NCBI GenBank assembly: GCA_000934665.2
Contig: JYFJ02004079.1
Coordinates: forward strand, 1-35,091
Direction of reading: 5' to 3'
DNA length: 35,091 nucleotides
From: Catajapyx aquilonaris
Taxonomy: Eukaryota
Program-made: the position numbers and the translations under genes
Shown: positions 25,043 through 34,399 of the stretch, in pieces
Position numbering within the stretch: position 1 is the stretch's first letter
Layout of the letters: the number at the start of each line of letters is the position of its first letter
The notes under the pieces: model-generated
Databases searched by the model: none
What the model was told of the DNA's origin: nothing
What the model saw: only the letters and a program-made list of their open reading frames with translations

Positions 25043-25578
25043 GTTGAAGTTCAGGAGGCGAACCAGCGTTTGGCAAATGGTGGTCCCCAGGCGGCGGAGG
25101 CAGCCCAGTTGAAGAAGCAGGTGGATGAGCAGAGGAGGCAACTGGAGGAGCAAAGGAGACAGCTGGAGGAGCAGAGAAAGCAGGCAGAGGAGATGAGAAG
25201 AAAGGCGGAGGAGAGAGGGAAAGGAGCGGACGTGGCCAGGAAAGCAGCGGACGACAGAGGAAAGCAGCTGGAGAAGGCGGAGGCCGAGCTGAAGAGGAGG
25301 AAGGACAGGATAGACCAGCTGGAGCAGCAGCTGCATAAGGCGCAGGCGGAGGCCTCCAAGCCAGGGGCCGCTGCTCCTGCAGGAGGGGCGCAGGCCGCCC
25401 AGCTCCAGAAGGCCCTGGCCGAGAAGGAGAAGGCCCTGGACCTGCAGAAGAAGGAGGTGGAGAAGATGAAGGATGAGGGGCAGCGCTCGCAGGGAGAGCT
25501 GGAGAGGCTGCTGCAGCTGGTGCAGATGAGCCAGGAGGAGCAGAACACCAAGGACAGGCAGATACAGGACCTCCAGCA
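25043..25578 (+). CDS. brp: brp exon VEVQEANQRL...ELERLLQLVQMSQEEQNTKDRQIQDLQ(Q), phase 0-2
   Basis: ccctag|GTT ... CA|gtgagt; 536 nt. ERLLQLVQMSQEEQN is the Brp near-C-terminal motif as recalled. Confidence 0.92.
25127..25210 (+). repeat. Coding 21-nt tandem repeat x4 (EQRRQLE EQRRQLE EQRKQAE EMRRKAE)
   Basis: GAGCAGAGGAGGCAACTGGAG, GAGCAAAGGAGACAGCTGGAG, GAGCAGAGAAAGCAGGCAGAG, GAGATGAGAAGAAAGGCGGAG read directly. Confidence 0.8.
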
Positions 25579-25715
25579 GTGAGTCCACTCGCCTGATCCT
25601 GCATCTCAGATATTTTGTGTCAATGTTTATCATTGATGCAAGTGGACATAATGCAACACTGTGTTAATATTGACTTCTAATGTTTTGGTAATGTGGTGAT
25701 TTTTTCTTTCTGCAG

Positions 25716-25785
25716 GGCACTGAGGAACGAAAAAGCCAAAGTGAAGAGTCTTCAAACTCAAAGCGCTCAAATGGCTGCTGACCAG
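25716..25785 (+). CDS. brp: brp exon (Q)ALRNEKAKVKSLQTQSAQMAADQ, phase 2-0
   Basis: tttctttctgcag|G ... CAG|gtacgc; 70 nt completes the phase-2 codon. Resembles Brp QQALKNAQAKLK as recalled. Confidence 0.88.
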
Positions 25786-25900
25786 GTACGCAACAAGTAA
25801 CAATGAGAGAAGAGCTGCATGATAAATATTACGAAACTAACACTGCATTTTCTTCTTCCCTTCTTAATTTTTGCGTTATTACCACTTTGATTTTAAATAG

Positions 25901-25939
25901 TCTTCAGGCCCTGGTGGCTTCCTCAAAAGTCTGTTTTAA
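25901..25939 (+). CDS. brp: Brp-type terminal coding exon SSGPGGFLKSLF*
   Basis: ttttaaatag|TCT TCA GGC CCT GGT GGC TTC CTC AAA AGT CTG TTT TAA in phase 0. Matches the Drosophila Brp C-terminus ...GPAGFLKSFF as recalled. Confidence 0.87.
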   Translation, partial: SSGPGGFLKSLF

Positions 25940-26191
25940 GTCTGCTGAGAGAAACCCAAGCACATGCACACACACAAAGCGGACAAAATGTGCTCACTTG
26001 TGTGTTATAGTCCAAAGTAACATTTTTTTTCTGGTGATTCAGGGAGTACTAACCTTGTGAGAAGTAACTGAATGTGCTAGTGAGCGACAAAACCGAGTGC
26101 CTAAGACTGAGGTTTTGCATTTAGTTTGACAGTTGTTTGGTTCTGTTGTTTTGAGTTTTTAGTTCGCCAATATTTTTGGTGGCTTGTGTAG

Positions 26192-26550
26192 AAAAGTGAT
26201 GTGGAGGAGCTGCTGAAGAAGGATGAGGTTGACGAGCAGAGTCTGGACGAACTGGAAGAGCTGATCCTGGTTGTGAAGCAGAAGAACGACAGGATAGAAT
26301 CACTGGAGCAAGCCTTGAGGGACAGCCTTGTCATCACATCCCAGCGAGACAGAGAAGAGCAGGTCAAACTTCAACAGGCAAGCCAGCAAGTGACGAAGCT
26401 AGAGCAACGCCTGCAGTCGTTGCAGTCTGCACATGCACTCAGGTGTAACTTGTGCAAACCCATTGCAACTAGGATGAGCGTGTGCCAGGCCAGACTAGAG
26501 ACTCTCCTGACTGAGAGAAGGACCCATCTGCAGGAGCTGTTCGACATGAA
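26192..26550 (+). CDS. brp: ELKS/ERC-type alternative C-terminal exon 1: KSDVEELL...NDRIESLEQALRDSLVIT...ERRTHLQELFDM(K), phase 0-2
   Basis: tgtgtag|AAA ... AA|gtcagt; 359 nt. Resembles ERC1 DRIEELEEALRESVQIT...ERRKHLEEVLEMK as recalled. Confidence 0.85.
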
Positions 26551-26692
26551 GTCAGTACCGAATATTGCTAATTTGCAACAACTTATTGATGTAAAGTAGC
26601 TTGGAATTAGATGGTTGTCATTTTTTGACTCATAAATAATTTTGGCATATGACACAATAGGATGAGCTGTGATATAGCGAACACTTTTGCAG

Positions 26693-26840
26693 GCATGAAG
26701 CGCTTACAGCTGCCATCAGTGAAAAAGATGCTCAGCTTGCTCTTCTTGAAGTCTCTGGGATAAGAACCGCTCGTCAAGCAGAAGACGTTGATAGGCTCCA
26801 GTCTGACAAAAAGAGATTGGTTGCTCGGATAAAAGAAGAG
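26693..26840 (+). CDS. brp: ELKS/ERC-type C-terminal exon 2: (K)HEALTAAISEKDAQLALLEVSG...KKRLVARIKEE, phase 2-0
   Basis: ttttgcag|G ... GAG|gtaagc; 148 nt. Matches the ERC motif KQEALLAAISEKDANIALLEL as recalled. Not in the ORF track. Confidence 0.88.
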
Positions 26841-27034
26841 GTAAGCAAACAAGTTCCAACTTGAAAGCCAAGGGAAAGTGGCTTGGGTCATTTTGCAGAC
26901 GTATATTAGGCAATTTAGATTTGCCTAGGTCATTTCAGTTGTAAAATTTAAACAAATACTGTGCAGCTTTTTTTTATGGATTTGCATTTACACAGGGTAA
27001 TAGCTCTAATTAAACGTAATGAATTTTTGTCCAG

Positions 27035-27212
27035 AACGAGAAGAGAGTGAGGCTGCTGAAAGAATGCTCCATTCCAACTGACAAAGAGTGCAACGGAGGA
27101 AGCTGGGCACTTCCTTTCTTGAAAGAGGCTGTGGATGAAACTGCAGACTGGGAAGAAGTCGACGTGAGTCTTCCAGAGCTGAGCAGCTTCAACTTGTCTT
27201 CTGGATCATATG
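27035..27212 (+). CDS. brp: ELKS/ERC-type C-terminal exon 3: NEKRVRLLKECS...; alternative donors after 27163 (gtgagt) or 27212 (gtcagc)
   Basis: tgtccag|AAC in phase 0; NEKRVRLL aligns with ERC QNRMKLM as recalled. The 3' boundary is uncertain. Confidence 0.7.
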
Positions 27213-27317
27213 GTCAGCATGGATTCTACTCGCCCAAAAATAAATCTAGCATAAATTTCATAATGAAATATTTAAATCTCTCTCCCACAATTTTAATGAA
27301 GATTTTCAATATTACAG

Positions 27318-27349
27318 GTGTGAATGACCAGTCTTCGGATGTGACATGA
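27318..27349 (+). CDS. brp: Probable last coding exon of the ELKS-type isoform: (G)VNDQSSDVT* (or V* at 27323 if the 27163 donor is used)
   Basis: attacag|GT acceptor; in frame with the phase-1 donor at 27212. Confidence 0.5.
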
Positions 27350-30300
27350 TGAGTGATTCGCCAGAAGTGAGTGTTTCGGTTCAGGCATATGTTATATATT
27401 TTTTATAACCTCGACACAAAATGACACTCGGATTTGAAAGGTCTCAAATGAACAAAGCAACAAGCACAAGGATTTTGGTGTGAGGAAATACTCTCATATT
27501 GCAAAAACCTACAAAAAAAAAATTAGGGAGAGAAATCTCTGCAGCTTTCGAAAAAAAACTCGGAGCAATATATCGATGTGTAATAATCGCCATATTTGTG
27601 ATGAAGGACGTCAAACAAAAATAGGGAACATAACAATTGGCGATGGTGAGTCACGTCTTCCCCGCCTAAGAAAAACAACAGTGTGACAATATGGATGAGG
27701 AAGAAAACGAAAAGAAAAGAACCTCAAAAAAAAAAGGTGTGTGCGGATGTATGTTACGTGTCGTGATATGGGGGGGAAAGCAAAACCCAATAATTTTTTT
27801 GCTTTGTTTTTCCTGCAACCCACCTTACGACTGTTTTCCTGCATTTTTGAAATAAGAAGTGATTCACTTCAAGACTGGGGGTGTAAAGAAATGCAACAAA
27901 AAAGGAGAAAAAAAAATATTATGTGGATGAAGAGACTCTTGTTGAGTAGTCCTAGTGTCAACCAAACTGCCACAGTTGTGCCATTACAGTCTATAAAATG
28001 TGTAGCCTGTTGTGGGAGCCATGGTGGAGCTACGTCATTTTGTTTCCAGTAGCACAATACAAAACCTTGATTTTCCCAAAGCAAGTGGACATTACACCCT
28101 ATTTTAACCAAAAATCAAATCATACAGACAAAAGCAGCCAAACTTGCAATCCCTTGAATTATACATGAGCAGGCTTATGTAATTTAAGGGTTTTTTTTTG
28201 TTTTGTTTCACATGATGGAATTAACATTTTGTCGTGTCTGTCTTACAAGAGTATTTTTTATTGAAAGCAAGGTTGTGTGCAAAAGTGATAAACACTAGAG
28301 TGCATTCCTGCCTTTGACACTACTTGATAAAAATTGCCCTCTGGCCAATGAGATTATTAAGCTGTTGCTGTGTACGTAAATAAAGTTCATGTACTAGCCA
28401 TAACTAGCAAAGTGCAGAGATAAACGAATCAATCAATATTTTCATATCAGTCACTTTTTTTTTGATGGGGCCATCACATTTCGGTGTAATGTACACTTGC
28501 AACAATTTCCTTATTTGAACACTATTCCTACCTTACAGTAGAAAAGTCATTGCAGCAAGTCTTTAGACATAGGTGCCATGTATTTAAAACAAAAAAAGAA
28601 GAAGGGAAAAAATAGGGTGTTGAATTTACAAATGATAAATTTTGTGAATGCAATACGTGTCTTCTCAACATCAGTTTTCTGTGAAGATTTGTGATGGAGC
28701 TTGTTCCAGCTGCCTTTCTCGAAACAACCTTTTCGTTTTCAACACCCAGCCTGAGCATTTATTTATTTATTCAGCATATTTGTTGAGGTAAATATACATG
28801 ATATGTGTGCAAGTGATTGTGACGACCACAAAAAAAACAATTGGAACAAGCTCTGTGACCAACTGACAACAATAAGAAGAATGCTTTATGAGGAGCATTA
28901 TTTTTCATATTGTTTGAGTACATCTGTTGGAGATATTAATTGAAAATACCATGCATATTGTGAGTATATGTGTGTAAGAAAATAAGCTGGTTAAGGCCCA
29001 TCCCTCCCACCCACCACTGCCCCCCACCCCTAAAAGGTTTTTCCAGAAAAAAGAGAGAAGTTCTTCACTGTGCAAAGTTGATTCCTATTCCAACTAGTCT
29101 TAGACGAAACCCCGATCATTTCCCCACTTTTTCCGAGCAGCAGCGCAAAAAAAGAGAAAAAAACCCTTAGGTGGACACTATCTTATGAGTCACTAATCGT
29201 GTTCGTTATTAGGGAATTTTTTTTAAAGAGAGAGAAAATAAATAATCTTTTCTTCCCCCCCTACCGTGGGGCATTTGCCTTAATGTTTCGAATGGTGTTC
29301 AGAGTAAAGATGAAGGGAAGGGGGAAAGATTTAGTGTTTATCACTCCCGAAGTAGTTCTTTTCGCTCTCAAGGAAGTTTTGCCTGCAAAGTGAGAGGATT
29401 ATTTTTTAATAAAAATAATCTCTTCTTGCAGAATATTATAGTGGGTAGGGGCATTTGCATGTGACCCAAAGCACCTTAAAATTCTGTGATAACTGCCATC
29501 TCACTCCAAGCAAATTTTCCTCGTGGACAGTGCAAAGTCTGTTGTTAACAAAATGTGATTGAACTTTGATAGGTCATGCAAGAGTGTGTACAACATGTTG
29601 ACAGTATTCGCCTCGACTTCGCCATTTGTTGAGCTGGAAAATGCACAAATTTCCAAACTTCCCACTTTGATCAGACCTTTCATGGCATTGAGAAGAAAAA
29701 AGAAAAAAAAATGAAAAGGAAGGGGTGATAGCTGCAACGTGTATAGCAAGTTTTTTGGATTTTTCTATGCACATAACACTAATACACATACAGACACACA
29801 AACAAAACCCTTACAACCCTAACTATAGTATTGGAGGCAGAAGCTCTTTTTTTCCCAAACGATTAAAAAAGGAAAATTGAGACAAAGTTGTCACATCGGA
29901 GGAACTTAATCTTATTGATCTGAGCTCACTCTTTCTCTCAGCACTTCTCCATCTCAGCTTATATAGTATATTTCTTGCTCAGCATTTCTTTCCGTGGGGA
30001 TAAAATATATTTAAAAACTATTGTGTATGGATGTGATGATCATATCAAGTTGTCTGTCTCCCATTCGCAAAAAAAAAAAGAAAAGAAAAAAAGAAAGTAA
30101 TGTGATGATGTGCCCATTTATTGAGACTTGACAGAATTAATTCCCCTTCCCGAATTGGGTGTACGCTTAAATAGCACCAATTATTGTATTCAAATGCATA
30201 CTTTAAAAACAAGTAAAACTACCAAAAAACATAATGGCCATGTCTCTCGATTACACGGCAGTTCCTAGGGTTAGAGTTAGATGACGTAGTTTTTTGCGAA

Positions 30301-30646
30301 GGAGAGGGAAAAAATTTTTTTGCTGGTAATCTCATGCACCAAAAGTAGATGGTTGGTGTGGAGATGGAGATGATATGATGACGTTGTAGCCCCCACCCCC
30401 ACCCCGACCCCCCCACCCCTTACAAAGAAAAATGGAACCAAAAAATAAAGTAAATAATAATAATAATAATAATGAATAAATAATATTAATATGTGCTGTC
30501 TGCTGTTCCCGTGTGCAAGGTGTGCTCTCTTTGCTGTTGCCTAGAGCTCTTTTGTGAATGTGGCATGCATGGTGGAATCCATGAGTGTTTCTAATATTGG
30601 TTTTGAAATGAGTTATATTTGGTCCCAAGAGTTATTGTTGAATAAA
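27350..30646 (+). other. Probable long AT-rich 3' UTR of brp/ELKS with several AATAAA signals (e.g. 28379, 29408, 30475, 30641)
   Basis: No credible exons; A/T-rich runs; AATAAA hexamers seen directly. The extent is inferred. Confidence 0.5.
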
Positions 30647-30908
30647 CTGCTCTTTACATATGCAGGATGTGCTGTTTTTTGGTCACCTTGTGCAGCCTTT
30701 ATGGTCATGCAAGATTAACCATGTGGCATCGGGCCAACTTTGAGAGTTGTGGTGTATACATCAGTGGCTGTAAACATACAGCATTTATCTTGAAGTTGGT
30801 GAATTCAGGTCAGAGATATAGGTATGTCATATCAAAAATATTCCAGAAATCAACGACCTATGCTCCGTTGCAACACCATCACCTAAATAGGAAAAAGTGA
30901 AGCGTCTT

Positions 30909-30915
30909 TATAAAA
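30909..30915 (+). promoter_or_regulatory. Possible TATA box of the methyltransferase gene
   Basis: TATAAAA starts 57 nt upstream of ATG 30966. Motif match only. Confidence 0.3.
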
Positions 30916-30965
30916 TGCTATCATGAACCAGTATCGTTGTCAATAACTCATTGCAAACTCAAGCA

Positions 30966-31106
30966 ATGTCACTCGCTTGCAATGGACATGCTCAGGAGGA
31001 GTCGACAAGAAGAGTGGACTTCTTTCTGGAGAAATGTGTGCACGAGCCCTTGACCAGAAACCAGGTGCAGGAAGGTTACAGCAAGTGGGCCAAAGAATAT
31101 GATCAA
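30966..31106 (+). CDS. METTL27/WBSCR27-like SAM methyltransferase exon 1 (MSLACNG...YSKWAKEYDQ)
   Basis: ATG 30966, donor CAA|gtgagt. YxxWAxxYD is the N-terminal motif typical of this class I MTase family. Confidence 0.82.
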
Positions 31107-31351
31107 GTGAGTCACAGTCAGATTTCACTGCATGAATTAAAAGGGTGAAAACCAAATTTATCTTATACAAATGAAACTGATTGGGTGTTCAAAGAAATAA
31201 AATGTCAAATAATAGGCACAACATAGACTTTGCATTTTTAAAATATTTTAATTACAACTATTTAGATTAAATATTTCAAGATAGCTGCATGAATAAATTC
31301 AGGTAGCCCTGAGACAATGAACCCACATTTTATTATTTGAATTCATTTCAG

Positions 31352-31483
31352 ATAGTGCTGCAGGAGCCATACATGGCTCCAGCAGAAGCTGCTCATGCAG
31401 CTGCAGAGGTTTTTCCTGAATCAAAAAGAGCAGGCATAAAAATTTTGGATGTTGCTTGTGGAACTGGGGTCGTCGGAGTGCAG
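31352..31483 (+). CDS. METTL27-like methyltransferase exon 2 (IVLQEPY...KILDVACGTGVVGVQ)
   Basis: tttcag|ATA ... CAG|gtaacc; 132 nt; SAM-binding motif I ILDVACGTG. Confidence 0.9.
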
Positions 31484-31614
31484 GTAACCAGTGATCAATC
31501 AAACAATAAGAGTAGTGTTGTCACGTCACAGTCAATCTCAATCGTTATTACGGGCTTAACTGAATCTCATTACGAATTTAATGGTGGCTTGATAACGATC
31601 ATTATGCACTTCAG

Positions 31615-31873
31615 TTGCATGAGCAAGGCTTTCGACACATTGATGGAGTGGATCCCAACTGGAAGATGGTGTCTGAATTGTTGCCCAAACGTGTCTATCG
31701 TCGTGTCACTTTGGCTGCTCTGGGAGATGGTGACAGCAGCAACAGTGTACCGGAGGAATCTGACAAAGAGATCCCCGAGGAGTCCTACGATGCTGTCATT
31801 CTCGCTGGTGGATTTTCCCCTGGCCATGTGCCTTACACGGCCATTTACGACATGCTCAGGGCATGCAAGAAAG
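31615..31873 (+). CDS. METTL27-like methyltransferase exon 3 (LHEQGFRHIDGVDP...YDAVILAGGFSPGHVP...LRACKK(G)); 3' end at 31873 (GA donor) or 31879 (weak GT donor)
   Basis: cttcag|TTG; motifs GF..IDGVD, YDAV and GF.PGHVP. The donor position is ambiguous. Confidence 0.85.
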
Positions 31874-31952
31874 GAATGTGTACTACTCTCTGGTCACACA
31901 TTGGTTTGATGATAATAATTAACTGTCTCAATTAATAGTCTCTGTATTTCAG

Positions 31953-32131
31953 GTGGTGTAATAGTGATAGTCATGCGTCCCGTTGTGCTGATGGATCAAG
32001 ATTATCTGCCACTTGGTCCTCTCATGGAAATCCTGGAAAAAGAAGGAAAATGGAAGCTAGAAAGAAAGAAAGAGTTTAAAAATTATTGGCGTTCCAATCC
32101 TGGCTTAGCATTCACTTTCCGCAAGTGCTAA
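31953..32131 (+). CDS. METTL27-like methyltransferase exon 4 ((G)GVIVIVMR...LEKEGKWKL...AFTFRKC*)
   Basis: tttcag|GT phase 1; open to TAA at 32129-32131. Completes the KxGG motif and the terminal beta strands, giving a protein of about 236 aa. Confidence 0.85.
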
Positions 32132-34399
32132 GAATAATTTATCAGCTCTTCATCTGATCAAATGTATCAGTCATTTATTAACCTCTACGTTGGCAATTAA
32201 TCAAACAAAAATAGCGCTGAAGCTTTGCGTGGCAGTGTTGTGTGTAATCATTTGTTATATCTTCTGTTATAAGATACAACGTGTATCTTAATGTGTGCAT
32301 GGTCTTGACTAAGTAAATAACTTACGCTAAAAATCTGAACAAGTCCGATTTACTATATAGTGAATGACATTTAGTTGGCCTATAACTTGCATAAGATCCC
32401 GAAAATGTTTAGGAGAGAACCTGTGATTTTATTATATGCAGCTATTAAAGAGCCTTTATAAAATGCATCATTAAACACTGATGTCTTAGTATTGGCCTCA
32501 ATTTGTGCCAAATCGCTTCATGTTTAAAACTCGCTCCATGTCTTTGGTGGTGTTAGCAAAATGTTTGTGTGTAAAAGTTAATCAAGGTCGCTTTGGGCCA
32601 CCTCAGCTGACATTGAATATAGCTGGAACAGTGGCCTCGTATCGAACATTTGATAAGCACCCCAAATTGCCATACTTGCGCAATACATAAAGATTGGAAA
32701 CAGAAACAAGCTCTTAGCACCCACACGTGCGGAGGCCATTCGATTTCATTACTCATTAATGATAATTATTTGGTACAACACTAATGCCCAAGAACTTGAG
32801 AATTTGCCTAGCACACTCTGAGCTCTTGATGATAGAGAAAGACTCACTGAATAACTGAAATTACCATTCCAGGATATTATTTTGTTAAATACTTTTGTTT
32901 ACTCGATTAACAAAGGAAACTCTCACATTTGCCTTTCATCATTATGTACGATTTATTCGCGAAAAATTGAAACAAGCATCAATGTCAGGTGTAGTGATCA
33001 ATAAAATATTTGGTTTCATCCACCACTGCTATAAAACTGGAATAACATTTTAATAATAGGCTTGCATGGAAGCAAATGAGGGAAAATCTCCAATTATGAA
33101 CAGGTATTCACAATGGATAATAACTTACAATATATTTGGGGGGGGGGGGGGAGGTTTACTCCTTAATTTGAATTTATTAACCGGCCGTCAGGGTAAATCA
33201 AGGAGAAAATGTCCCAAAAATTTCGATTATGAATTGCTTGCATAATCGAACACGTCCCGTAATTTGCGCGAAATTAATTGCATTAACTAATTTAAGAAGT
33301 GTGTGTAGTTATCAAACTGAAAAATGGGAAATGTAGCATCTTATTTACCCAGATTTTCGCAGATTAATATCTGAAATTGAGAACTATCTGTTACAGCTTC
33401 CTCTAAATTGAATCGACCATATACGTAATAATGATCAGGACACTTTCCTGACAGAGAATTATTCAGTTTCCCAAGCAAAATATATGAATGAAAAATGTAT
33501 CATGTGTGCATTATCAAGGGCATTTTCCTACACTGTGTTTCACAATGATGCCGACAAACTCCTGGGGTGAATATTCCTGCTGGCCATATAGGATCAAGGT
33601 ATAAGGATATGTCAGTTACTCAGATTATGATCTGCAAATAAAAGGTCTAAAATATCTCACAGTGCCATATCTATTTTGTCATTTTACTTTTATGTATCAA
33701 TATGGAATAATTTAAATGTAAGACACAGACTCTGATTAATTCGTCAGGACTTCCGGTATATTATGGTGTGGTACACAATCGACAACTGAGGACAGAATTT
33801 TCAAGCATTCCCGCCATTGCCGCAATATCGTCTTAAATTATTTTTTTCATGCTATAGGATAAGTTAGTGTTTCCTGCGTACGTGTTGCATAAACATTAAA
33901 ATCAGGCATGGTCCTATATAGCAATCGGATTGTTACACGTGGCGCAGTTCCTTAGGAAATTCCGCAATTCTAAATACACTGAACAGTGCCAATTACACTA
34001 CCTATTGATCTGAGCCATTAGAGCTTTCAACATAGCGATTCCTGAGTCGATACCAAGTGTGCCTCTCTACTACGATGTGGTGTATCAGAATCTTGATCTT
34101 ATCATTCTGCCCGTTCGTAATTAAATACGCTTGTGGAGAAATACCACATTGCGCATATTCCAAACACTAGTGTGGCTTCATTTTTCATACTCTACATTTT
34201 GTATTGCGGCTTGAGTAGTTGAATACGTCGCTAGGAACTTGGATCCCTATAACATTTCAGTGTGTCGGTCATTTAAGACTCACTACACATTACGTGCAGT
34301 ACCATGGTGACCTTCCAAGTGTGAAGTTTGTGCATTTCAAGAATCTACAGTGTAGGGCCTACCTTTGTTTATAATTAGTGGATCTGCAGTAGCACGGAA

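Noticed and set aside
19985..25633. Many long minus-strand and alternative-frame ORFs overlapping the brp exons
   Set aside because: These are shadow ORFs caused by GAG/AAG/CAG/CTG codon bias (Leu/Ser-rich antisense translations) with no recognisable domains.
32270..32290. 9-bp stem hairpin TAAGATACA-acg-TGTATCTTA downstream of the methyltransferase stop
   Set aside because: Short and AT-rich, plausible by chance, and not a terminator in a eukaryotic context.
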